This document shows, piece after piece, positions 14,239 through 22,885 of a stretch of DNA of 32,000 nucleotides. Both the position numbers and the translations under genes were made by a program. The first letter of the stretch is position 1, and every line of letters begins with the position of its first letter. This stretch comes from Candidatus Scalindua sp. (GTDB lineage Bacteria; Planctomycetota; Brocadiia; Brocadiales; Scalinduaceae): contig JALDRA010000001.1 of assembly GCA_031316235.1 (NCBI GenBank), positions 2,910,001 through 2,942,000 of the forward strand, given 5' to 3'. The notes beneath the pieces were generated by a model. It did no database searches, was not told the DNA's origin, and saw only the letters and a list, made by a program, of their open reading frames with translations.

Positions 14239-17088
14239 ATGAAAAAAACATATACTGGAAATAGAAAAGGTTTCACCCTCACGGAACTGGTGATAACCAT
14301 CGGCATCATAGCAACCCTGGCGGGCCTGGGAACCGTAGGCATAAGCAAGGTAAGGGGCGTAAGCCAGCAGACAAAATGTGTCAATAACCTGAGGGGGATA
14401 TCTCACGCCCTGCAATTGTACTATAACGATTACCGTATATTCCCCGAAGACGGTTATCCAGATGACAGCGTCGACACCCTCCCGCTTTCAACTGAACTTG
14501 CCGCCTACATACCTGACAAGAGGACCTTTCTCTGCCCCGAAGACGATGATCCCTTCACCACAGGCAACTTTGCAAGCTATGACCCCTACTATGTTGCACG
14601 AAAGAGCCAGAATCAGGGTGAGGAGCTCGTTCTTGCCTGCCCCCGCCACAGAAACGCAAAGAATGCCACCAATCTCTTTTCCATCGGTTCCACAGAGATC
14701 TCGAATATTGATACCGTACTCGCCAACGGTCTGGAGATACCGCCTGACGGGACCACCGCGGAAAGGACCATCAGCAGCATAAACGACGAAATGACCTTTG
14801 CTGACGGAAGCAGGGCAAAGATCACCGATACTCAGGCGGGGTATGGGGTATTCCTCGTCCAGTCAGTCCGGCTCTATGACGGGACGCTGTACAGTGTCAT
14901 ACGGGTTGAGGACGAGGGAACCGTGGATGTCCAGGTTACGGCCGGCTCCAGATTCGAGGTAGTCACACCGAGCGTGATCATCGGCGTGCGGGGAACTGCG
15001 TTCAGTGTTGTTACCACCGACCAGGGGAATACGACAGATGTATCGCTGACCTCCGGAACGGTTATTGCGATTGACCGTTCAATGGGCAGGATAACAACAC
15101 TGACGGCCGGAGGTACAACTGACACTACGGTGTCGATCCCCATGCACTCTCACTGGCACTGGCACGCTGACGGCACATACCATAGTCATGACCATCAGGC
15201 CCCAAACTGGTCGCATCACGGGAACCCCGAGGCGGGCAAAAAGGCTGCAGGGAAAGAGGCGGGCATTGACAGTGATGGTGACGGCTATTCAGAGACAGCG
15301 GGCGATTGCGACGACAGTGATGAGTACATCCATCCGGGTGCTACCGATATCCCGGAAAATGGGATAGATGAGGATTGTGACGGGCAGGATGCGGTAACAG
15401 ACCCGAACGATAGAGACGATGACGGTGACGGGTATACCGAAAACCGGGGAGATTGTGACGATACCGACTACACCATATCCCCTGCTCATCAGGAGATATG
15501 TGACGGCAGGGACAATGATTGCGATGGTTCCATTGATGAGGGTGTGGCGCTCTCCTACTACCGGGACCTTGATGGAGACGGGTACGGAGATCCCTGTTCT
15601 GACTCTATCGCTGCGTGTGAACCTCCGTCACAGGCGTATGTAGCGGATAATACCGACTGTGACGATAACGATCCGAACAGAAACCCGGGAATGGATGAAA
15701 TACCAGGCAACCAGATAGATGAGGACTGTGATGGGTCGTATGGCGGTCCCGTATGCGGTAACGGTATTGTTGAGACAGGTGAGGAGTGTGACGATGGAAA
15801 TCTTACCAACGGTGATGGATGCAGCTCCAGCTGCCAGAATGAGGGAGATATCGACAATGATGGAGATGGGTATACTGAAAACGAGGGAGACTGTAGCGAT
15901 AGTAATGCCTCGGTTTATCCGGGAGCTGTGGAGGTATTTGATGGAGCAGACAATGACTGTGACGGTGCAGTTGATGAGGGACTCACCGACGCAGACGGTG
16001 ATGGATATGCGGTGAACAATCTTCCGATAGACCATGATGATTATGCCTATACGATTGGCACTGACTGTAACGATGCAGATGCCTCAATCAACCCGGGAGC
16101 TATAGAAGTATTTGATAGTGTCGACAACGACTGTGACTGGCAGGTTGATGAAGGGTTTACTGATGCAGACGGTGATGGATATGCCCTTGAAGTTGATGAC
16201 TGTGATGATACGGATGCTGCAATTAACCCGGGAACAGCAGAAGTGCCATACAATAACAAAAATGATGACTGTAATAGTGCTACCCCTGACAGCAGTTCTG
16301 GTGATCAGGCACTTATTGACTTGATAAATCAGCAACCGGCATTAACTTCAAGTGATCTGAAGTCGATTTTAATGGATGCATCACCTCTCTCAGACGCTGT
16401 TCTCATTGCAGCCATAGAGAGGACAGTACCCATGACATCCTCTGACCTTAAACATACATTAGTTGACAATTCGCCCTTAACGTCCGCTGTGCTACAAAGC
16501 GTTGCCGGTAGAAACCCGTCTATGACTTCCAGTGACAATAAAAGTGTACTTATTGCGAGTTCTCCATTACCAACTGAGATATTAGAACTGGTAATTGCTG
16601 GAAGTCCACCGATGGCCCAAAATGACCTGCAGAAGGTTTTAGATCTACAACCAACGCTGAATACAGACGATGATGCAGATGGATATACTGAGAATCAGGG
16701 AGACTGCAACGACACAGATGCCTCAATTAATCCGGGCAATTCTGAAATACCATACAATGGCAAGAATGATGACTGCAACCTCTTGACACCTGATGACGAC
16801 CTCGACGGCGATGGTTATGGAAAGGCTACCGACTGTGATGACAACGATCTGAATGTCAACCCTGGTGCCCCGGAGTTATGTGACGGGAAGGACAATGACT
16901 GCGACGGCCTGACTGATGAAAATTTAAAAACATGGTATTATTACATTGACAATGATGGAGATGGGTACGGAGATCCATACTCTGACTATGTTATCGCGTG
17001 TTCTCCCCCATCCCCAAATTATGTAATCAATAACCTGGACACAGATGACACTGATCAATACGCAGGAGCGCCCGCAGAAAGCCAATAG
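14239..17088 (+). CDS. Giant pilin/pseudopilin-like modular protein: prepilin N-terminal methylation motif, FecR-like domain, His-rich segment, ~10 MopE-type Cys/Asp-rich repeats
   Basis: MKKTYTGNRKG|FTLTELVITIGIIATLAGLG, then CVNNLRGISHALQLYYNDYRIFP (pseudopilin/DUF1559-like head) and FEVVTPSVIIGVRGTAFSV (FecR-like). HSHWHWHADGTYHSHDHQ..HH lies at 15145-15219. Repeats run from 15268 onward. The ORF opens at TTG 14215, but ATG 14239 gives the canonical short basic leader. Confidence 0.8.
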   Translation: MKKTYTGNRKGFTLTELVITIGIIATLAGLGTVGISKVRGVSQQTKCVNNLRGISHALQLYYNDYRIFPEDGYPDDSVDTLPLSTELAAYIPDKRTFLCPEDDDPFTTGNFASYDPYYVARKSQNQGEELVLACPRHRNAKNATNLFSIGSTEISNIDTVLANGLEIPPDGTTAERTISSINDEMTFADGSRAKITDTQAGYGVFLVQSVRLYDGTLYSVIRVEDEGTVDVQVTAGSRFEVVTPSVIIGVRGTAFSVVTTDQGNTTDVSLTSGTVIAIDRSMGRITTLTAGGTTDTTVSIPMHSHWHWHADGTYHSHDHQAPNWSHHGNPEAGKKAAGKEAGIDSDGDGYSETAGDCDDSDEYIHPGATDIPENGIDEDCDGQDAVTDPNDRDDDGDGYTENRGDCDDTDYTISPAHQEICDGRDNDCDGSIDEGVALSYYRDLDGDGYGDPCSDSIAACEPPSQAYVADNTDCDDNDPNRNPGMDEIPGNQIDEDCDGSYGGPVCGNGIVETGEECDDGNLTNGDGCSSSCQNEGDIDNDGDGYTENEGDCSDSNASVYPGAVEVFDGADNDCDGAVDEGLTDADGDGYAVNNLPIDHDDYAYTIGTDCNDADASINPGAIEVFDSVDNDCDWQVDEGFTDADGDGYALEVDDCDDTDAAINPGTAEVPYNNKNDDCNSATPDSSSGDQALIDLINQQPALTSSDLKSILMDASPLSDAVLIAAIERTVPMTSSDLKHTLVDNSPLTSAVLQSVAGRNPSMTSSDNKSVLIASSPLPTEILELVIAGSPPMAQNDLQKVLDLQPTLNTDDDADGYTENQGDCNDTDASINPGNSEIPYNGKNDDCNLLTPDDDLDGDGYGKATDCDDNDLNVNPGAPELCDGKDNDCDGLTDENLKTWYYYIDNDGDGYGDPYSDYVIACSPPSPNYVINNLDTDDTDQYAGAPAESQ
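16330..16662 (+). repeat. Four tandem ~30-aa (90-bp) repeats of unknown type inside the giant protein
   Basis: QQPALTSSDLKSILMDASPLSDAVLIAAIE / RTVPMTSSDLKHTLVDNSPLTSAVLQSVAG / RNPSMTSSDNKSVLIASSPLPTEILELVIA / GSPPMAQNDLQKVLDLQPTLN. Units start at 16330, 16420, 16510 and 16600. Confidence 0.8.
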
Positions 17089-17329
17089 AGGGATGCAGCC
17101 TGTTAATCTTGAAATTCTGATACTACTCTTCGGGTAACTGTTGTTACAACCCTTCCCAGAAATTTCCCCATAGTCTCTTTTTCCCTGCTTTGCTGCTACC
17201 TTCTCATGACGCGTGAACTGTTTGAAGAGGATTTCTGGCCCTGATTTTGCTCAATAGTATATTGTTTTTCTCTTTTTCCTCTTCCCTGTTTAATTTTTAT
17301 GCAATTGGTACAGCTTTTGGATAAAAAAT

Positions 17330-18220
17330 ATGAAAATGATTCAAGTAACGTACAAGGTTGTGAACTTTCTTATGAGATTCTGCTGCGCGGGCATATGTTT
17401 TCTCACAATGCATATTCATGATATCACAATTGCTGATGAGAGTAAGATCAAAAACTGGCTTTGCTATTATGGAGATACGTTTGGTCCTGATGTCTATTCC
17501 CGTTTTGATTTAGTCGTTCTTGATGGCACAAACCATCCTCGACTCCCTGCAAAAGGGAAGGATAAACCAATCATTCTTGGTTATGTCAGTATTGGAGAGG
17601 TTGATGTAAGCGGCCCATTGTGGAAATATGCAAAAGACAAACCTTATCTGGTGAAGCGGAATGATTTCTGGGATTCCTGGGTGGTGGATATTAGGAACCC
17701 TTCGTGGCAGAGGCTTCTCTTTGAAACCGCTATTCCTTCCGTTCTGGAGCAGGGGTTTGATGGACTTTTCCTTGATACATTTGATTCCAGTCTTGGCCTT
17801 TTAGAGGGGAAAGATGGAGCGGAATTCAGGGGAACTGAGGAAGCTCTTAAAGAAATTACGATGAAGATAAAGGCTGAGTATCCGGAAATACCTGTTGCTG
17901 TAAACCGTGGACTTCCGGCACTTCCCTATTTTGGGAAGTATATTGACTTCATCGTAATAGAAGATCTTTACAGTTATTATGCCGATCATGAACAAGGGTA
18001 TATCAAGGTTGACGAGTCGACACAGATGATTCTCCTGGACCAGGTAAGGCAAGGGCTGCTGGTGAACCCTGAGATAGTCATTTTAACTTTGGATTATGTT
18101 AGCTCAAAACAGGCGGAGATTGCAAAAAATGCAATCAGTTTTTCAAGAAAAAAAGGATTTATACCATATGTCAGTACCTATAAACTCGATCAGATACATT
18201 TTTACACGCTGGATGATTAG
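17330..18220 (+). CDS. pelA: PelA-type glycoside hydrolase (GH114-like / endo-alpha-1,4-polygalactosaminidase fold), stand-alone
   Basis: GYVSIGEVDVSGPLWKYAKD..FWDSWVVDIRNPSWQRLLFETAIPSVLEQGFDGLFLDTFDS matches the GH114/PelA-hydrolase pattern (Y-x-S-x-GE ... W ... vD ... GFDG-x-FLD-x-D). It is the first gene of the pel-like operon. The start is uncertain (ATG 17330, 17336 or 17372; no clear SD). Confidence 0.7.
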   Translation: MKMIQVTYKVVNFLMRFCCAGICFLTMHIHDITIADESKIKNWLCYYGDTFGPDVYSRFDLVVLDGTNHPRLPAKGKDKPIILGYVSIGEVDVSGPLWKYAKDKPYLVKRNDFWDSWVVDIRNPSWQRLLFETAIPSVLEQGFDGLFLDTFDSSLGLLEGKDGAEFRGTEEALKEITMKIKAEYPEIPVAVNRGLPALPYFGKYIDFIVIEDLYSYYADHEQGYIKVDESTQMILLDQVRQGLLVNPEIVILTLDYVSSKQAEIAKNAISFSRKKGFIPYVSTYKLDQIHFYTLDD

Positions 18221-20294
18221 GAATTCCGTCATAATCGTTCTACTCGTTATCTTTTTCACGGCGCACCTGTCTGCCGGAGAGGTGAAGAGAAAGGTTCTTG
18301 TTCTCTATAACAGTGAAACTGAACAGAGTCCGAAGGTAAATATGGTTTTTGAAAGTTTTCAAACGGTACTCAATTACTATGGGATAATGGCTGACTACAG
18401 GGACGTGAGTATCCGGCCTCTGCCTGATAATGCGTTCATGTCCTCTTACAGAGGCATTATTACTGTTTTTGACTTCATTGATACAAAAGAGTTAAAAGAA
18501 TTTCTGGTCTGGATGAATCAACAGTTTGAAGAAGAGAGAAAAGTAATCATCCTGGGGAATCCTGAAATTTCAGGCAATGAGAACGAAGGACCAGTCGTGG
18601 AAGAGCTGCTTAAAGGAATATTTCTCCATCTGGGATTGGAATATAGGGGAGATTTTACCGTAAACCAGAATACTATAGAATACGTATACAAAGATGATAG
18701 ATCTGTTCAATTTGAAAGAGAATATCCGAAATATCCTGTTTCATATCTGGCTCTTAAACCCGCAGATAATGGAGTGAAATCTTATCTTTCACTCCTGCGG
18801 ACAGACAAAAGAGATTCGGTAAGTTCTGTAATCAGTACAAGCCCATCCGGTGGATTTGCACTGAGAGGTTTTATTCTTTGGGAGGATCCTATTACCTATA
18901 AGAAGCAATGGTACCTGAATCCCTTTACATTTCTTGAAGAATCATTGAGCTTAAAAGGCCTGCCAATACCAGATCCGACTACCCTGAATGGTTTACGGGT
19001 GGCATTTTCCCATATAGACGGAGATGCTTTTTCCGGGTTGTCGGAAATAGAAAAAGGGATGATGTGCGGAGAGGTGGTAATAAATCAGATACTTAAAAAA
19101 TTTGATTTTCCTGTAACGGTATCAGTTGTTGTGGGAGATATTGATCCCGATGCATTAGGGAGCAGAAAACTCGTGAAGCTTGCAAGGAGCATGTTTAAAC
19201 TTCCAAATGTTGAACCCGCTTCTCATTCGTATTCACACCCGTTTTACTGGGATCCGCAGTATCAGAAGAAAAATAAATACGAAAAGCACCATATTGATAT
19301 TCCAAAATATTCTTTTGATCCCAGGATGGAGATTGATTATTCAATAAAGTACATTTGTGAAAAATTATCGCCAAAAGAAAAACCCTGTAAGATTTTCCTG
19401 TGGTCCGGTAACTGTGAACCGCTTGAGTCTCATATAGCACGATGTGATGACCTGGGTGTTTTTAACATGAACGGAGGTGATACAATTTATGATGATGTTG
19501 AAAATTCCTATACTTCTGTTGCCCCACTCTATCGATGGGTGGAAAACAGAATTCAGTTTCATTGCGGACAGGCGAATGAGAATATATTGACAAATCTCTG
19601 GACAAAGCCAATTTTTGGATTCAAAGGTATCATAACAACTATGGAAAGAACAGGGTTTCCAAGAAGGATTAAACCTGTTGATATCTATTATCATTTTTAT
19701 TGTGGCCAATATCAGGCATCCCTGAAGGCTCTGCAGGATGTGTATAAATGGGTTTTAAAACAGGATTTTGCATACATATTTACTTCAGAGTATCTTCACA
19801 TGGCAAAGGGATATTTACATACCAGGATTTACCAGGAAACTCCGGAAAGATATGTTATTGAAGATTACGGGAAGTGTCTTACGTTACGCTTTGATTCAGA
19901 GGGTCAAGTACCGGATCTCACCTTTTCTGATAATGTTCTCGGTTTTGTGAAAGAGCCTCAGGGCCTCTATGTTTCACTCATGCCTGGAAAAACGAAAGCC
20001 GTTATCGTGATGATGAATGACAATGATTCAAGCAACGTACAGCATAAAATTCCTTACGTGAGAAAGGCCAGTGGCTGGGTGAAAAGTTTTCTGGTGGAAA
20101 ATGAGATTCTCACACTTGAGTACGAGAGTTTTCGCACCGGGAGAATTGAAATCGGGGGATTACCTCCTGAGGTGTTATTCAAAATTGGGGGAAGCGCCGT
20201 AAAAAAAGATAACCTGACAGTCGAAACCGATGAAAAAGGTATCCTTTCCATTGGCCAAATCAGATCCGGTAAATTGGAGATATTTTCAGATTGA
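18213..20294 (+). CDS. pelA: PelA-type polysaccharide deacetylase (CE4-like) with C-terminal beta-rich region, stand-alone
   Basis: Its own signal-like N-terminus MIRNSVIIVLLVIFFTAHLSAGE. CE4-type metal triad motifs SHIDGDAF (19011-19025) and HSYSH (19224-19238). ATG 18213 overlaps the upstream stop by 8 nt (ATGATTAG). The combined length of this and the upstream protein is close to that of single-chain PelA. Confidence 0.7.
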   Translation: MIRNSVIIVLLVIFFTAHLSAGEVKRKVLVLYNSETEQSPKVNMVFESFQTVLNYYGIMADYRDVSIRPLPDNAFMSSYRGIITVFDFIDTKELKEFLVWMNQQFEEERKVIILGNPEISGNENEGPVVEELLKGIFLHLGLEYRGDFTVNQNTIEYVYKDDRSVQFEREYPKYPVSYLALKPADNGVKSYLSLLRTDKRDSVSSVISTSPSGGFALRGFILWEDPITYKKQWYLNPFTFLEESLSLKGLPIPDPTTLNGLRVAFSHIDGDAFSGLSEIEKGMMCGEVVINQILKKFDFPVTVSVVVGDIDPDALGSRKLVKLARSMFKLPNVEPASHSYSHPFYWDPQYQKKNKYEKHHIDIPKYSFDPRMEIDYSIKYICEKLSPKEKPCKIFLWSGNCEPLESHIARCDDLGVFNMNGGDTIYDDVENSYTSVAPLYRWVENRIQFHCGQANENILTNLWTKPIFGFKGIITTMERTGFPRRIKPVDIYYHFYCGQYQASLKALQDVYKWVLKQDFAYIFTSEYLHMAKGYLHTRIYQETPERYVIEDYGKCLTLRFDSEGQVPDLTFSDNVLGFVKEPQGLYVSLMPGKTKAVIVMMNDNDSSNVQHKIPYVRKASGWVKSFLVENEILTLEYESFRTGRIEIGGLPPEVLFKIGGSAVKKDNLTVETDEKGILSIGQIRSGKLEIFSD

Positions 20295-22867
20295 ATACGA
20301 GTTTTTGGAAAGTGATAAGTTTTATCTTGATAATGATAGGTGCGACCGTTGTCGTTTTTCCTTATCCAGAAAATATGGTAAATTTTCTGAAAGAGGCGGG
20401 AATGCTTGAAGAGGCACGATATATTTTGAATGATCTCCTTTCAAAGTCGCCAGAAAACCCACAGCTTTTATCCCTATCAGGCAAGATATTTCATTTAAAC
20501 GGTAATTCTGAAAGGGCAATTCGGGATTTGAAACGTGCAGTAGAAATAGATCCAGAAAATGAAGAGTTTCTTTTAGCACTTGCTACTTACCATGAATGGG
20601 ATCGTAGCCCTCTGGATGCCCTGCCGGTCTGGGAAAAGATTGTAACCATTAATCCTGATAACCTGGAGGCTCAGATAAGATTAATTGACTATTATCGCTA
20701 TTATGGATTTCCTAAGATTGAGAGCGAAGTCCTGGCAAATTTAATAAAGACTGAACAAAAGAATCGGCATGAAAATATTACACTGAAAGAGGAAATGGTA
20801 TGGGAGAAACCACTGGTTAAAGAATTGACCAGAGAATTGAACCATCTCGCTGAAATAAGGGAAATCAATAAGGAAGATTCATTTTTCGACAACCTCTTTA
20901 CGGGTATGTATATTATCAGAAGACAGTATATGGATGACCTTCGTGAAAAATCAGTGACTGCTATAAATGATGCTGATAAGGGGGTTGCCATGTGCTTTGA
21001 ACTCTTTGTGAAAACAGGAAAGATCGATATGGGGTTTGATTTTGCCCATAAACTGGACAGAAAATGGGATCAGGAAATGAAAAACAGGATGAGTTTTCTT
21101 GATGTTGCGAGATGGAGCGGCATACATGATAAAGCCCTTGTCATGCTTGAAAAGATGTATGAGGAATATCCACAAAATCATCAAATACTTTATCTGATAG
21201 CAAGGAGCAGCCGTGAGACAGATGATCTGGAAACCTCGATTACCGCATATGAAAAGCTTGTTGCGATCGAACCTGATAATAGAGATTACACCATGCAGCT
21301 TGCTTCGCTGTATCTGGAGGTGAAACAAGCCGGCAAGGCTCATGATCTTTTAAAAGAAATTGCTACAGGGGCAGGCAGACATCTGGATTATATAAATATG
21401 CTGGCTGATTCTGCTATTACTGTAGGAAGTGAAAGTGTAATGATTGAAACTGCTGAGCTGATCGGGCAGCTGATGCCTGGAGACCGGGATGTGGTAAAAA
21501 AGCAGGCGGATATTTATCTTGCTGCGAACCATCCTGAGAAAGCATACCCGATTTTACGTCAATTAGCGGGTATTTCCGGAGAAAACCCGGAAGAGGTACT
21601 CAAGATGTTAGAGGTTGCAGAATTTACCTCCCGGGAGGCAATAATAAAAGAAGCAATTGCAAAGGCATTTGAGCTGAGGCCCGATGATTCGCAGGTTGTA
21701 TTAAGGGTTGCAGAGATGTATCAGGGGATAGGTGATGAAAAGAGGGCAATTGAGGCATATGTTCACTACCTGAAACTCTATCCAGAAGATCGAAAGACGC
21801 AGAAGGTTCTTGCTCAATTGTATCTCTGGACGAATCAGCAGGAGAAGGCGGCCGGGCTTATGGTAAAAATTGCGAATGAAAATCCTGGAGAAAAATCCAT
21901 TCTTATTGAGGCTGCCAGGTATTCAGAGGAGGCAGGGTTTATCGAGCAGGCTTTTACGCTATACGAAAAACTTTATGCAGATTACCCGGAAGATCTCTCA
22001 ATCCAGAATGATTTAATACGTATTGCTTCATGGAGCAATAAATGGGTTTATGCGGCTGCCTTATTAGGGAAAATCTCAGACAGTGATGCCCGGAATTTTA
22101 AAAAGGCACTGGATGCAGGGAATGCTTTTATTTCGGCTGAAGACCTGAAAAATGGAATAGGATATATAGAAAGGGCCATTACGTTAAGTCCTGACAATAC
22201 GGACCTGAGAAAGGAACTTGCAGAATACTATGGATGGCTTGGTTTGAGAGAAAAAAAGATCATGGAACTGGAATATCTTGGTTCTACAGGATCTCTTGAT
22301 AAAGAGGAAAAGGTACTTCTGGCCCAGGCATATCTGGACAGCAACGAAGGTTCGAAGGCTCTGAAATATCTGAAGCAGTATGAAAAGGAAGCAATCCTTA
22401 AAAAAAAGGAAGGATTGATGCTTGCGAGGGCATATGAACTGATCGGGAAAAACGAAACAGCTATAAGGGTTTACAAACGTCTAGCAAAAGAAAATATGGG
22501 TGATCCAGAATTTCTTGCAAGACTTGGTAATCAGGCCCTGTGGATCAACTATACGGATGCTGCACTTGAATTTTTTGAGGGTGCGTTGAGAATAGATTCC
22601 AGGAATCTGATGGCGTTAAAGAGCAGTGCACAGATATGGGCCGGGAGAAATAGTATAAAAAGGGCAATAAAACTGTACGTGAATTACAATAAATTAAAAC
22701 CAGATGATTATGAAGCACATTTCCAGCTTGGTGAGCTGTTTTTTTCTCAGGATCAAAAAACAGACGCATTTAAAGAATACAACAGGAGTCTCAGATTAAT
22801 GAAAAAGTCGAAGCGTTTGGCAGAAAGCAACCTTCTCCCAAGAGTAGCCCTCAATGTTAAACAATAG
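20291..22867 (+). CDS. pelB: PelB-like TPR scaffold protein (N-terminal membrane anchor, no porin domain)
   Basis: TM segment FWKVISFILIMIGATVVVFPY followed by ~800 aa of TPR-like repeats (..AIRDLKRAVEIDPENEEFLLALATYH.., ..AIEAYVHYLKLYPEDRKTQKVLAQLY..). The TTG start overlaps the upstream stop (TTGA). Operon position matches pelB. Confidence 0.7.
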   Translation: MNTSFWKVISFILIMIGATVVVFPYPENMVNFLKEAGMLEEARYILNDLLSKSPENPQLLSLSGKIFHLNGNSERAIRDLKRAVEIDPENEEFLLALATYHEWDRSPLDALPVWEKIVTINPDNLEAQIRLIDYYRYYGFPKIESEVLANLIKTEQKNRHENITLKEEMVWEKPLVKELTRELNHLAEIREINKEDSFFDNLFTGMYIIRRQYMDDLREKSVTAINDADKGVAMCFELFVKTGKIDMGFDFAHKLDRKWDQEMKNRMSFLDVARWSGIHDKALVMLEKMYEEYPQNHQILYLIARSSRETDDLETSITAYEKLVAIEPDNRDYTMQLASLYLEVKQAGKAHDLLKEIATGAGRHLDYINMLADSAITVGSESVMIETAELIGQLMPGDRDVVKKQADIYLAANHPEKAYPILRQLAGISGENPEEVLKMLEVAEFTSREAIIKEAIAKAFELRPDDSQVVLRVAEMYQGIGDEKRAIEAYVHYLKLYPEDRKTQKVLAQLYLWTNQQEKAAGLMVKIANENPGEKSILIEAARYSEEAGFIEQAFTLYEKLYADYPEDLSIQNDLIRIASWSNKWVYAAALLGKISDSDARNFKKALDAGNAFISAEDLKNGIGYIERAITLSPDNTDLRKELAEYYGWLGLREKKIMELEYLGSTGSLDKEEKVLLAQAYLDSNEGSKALKYLKQYEKEAILKKKEGLMLARAYELIGKNETAIRVYKRLAKENMGDPEFLARLGNQALWINYTDAALEFFEGALRIDSRNLMALKSSAQIWAGRNSIKRAIKLYVNYNKLKPDDYEAHFQLGELFFSQDQKTDAFKEYNRSLRLMKKSKRLAESNLLPRVALNVKQ

Positions 22868-22885
22868 TATTTTAATTTTCAGGTC

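Noticed and set aside
15241-15252. KKAAGK di-alanine in the giant protein as a LapG-type cleavage site
   Set aside because: A four-residue match is expected by chance, and the first residue deviates from the [TAP]-A-A-[GV] pattern. The protein also lacks the T1SS-adhesin retention-module context. It is mentioned only as something to test if the peptidase link is pursued.
14613-16538. Antisense and off-frame ORFs inside the giant gene (e.g. 15558-15857 -, 15628-16035 -, 15719-16015 +, 16084-16335 -)
   Set aside because: Same cause as above: compositional shadows of a long, well-supported sense ORF.
17306-17320. sigma54-like TGGTAC-N5-TTGG just before the pelA-hydrolase ATG
   Set aside because: The -12 element is GG rather than the near-invariant GC. 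The predicted TSS would fall on or after the annotated ATG 17330. It is plausible only if the true start is a downstream ATG, so it is not reported as a feature.
18096-18212. 39-codon N-terminal extension of the deacetylase ORF and 12-codon extension of pelF (27037-27072)
   Set aside because: The extensions overlap the upstream genes in another frame. The internal ATGs (18213, 27073) give a signal peptide and the canonical PelF N-terminus respectively, and they form typical 8-nt coupled overlaps.
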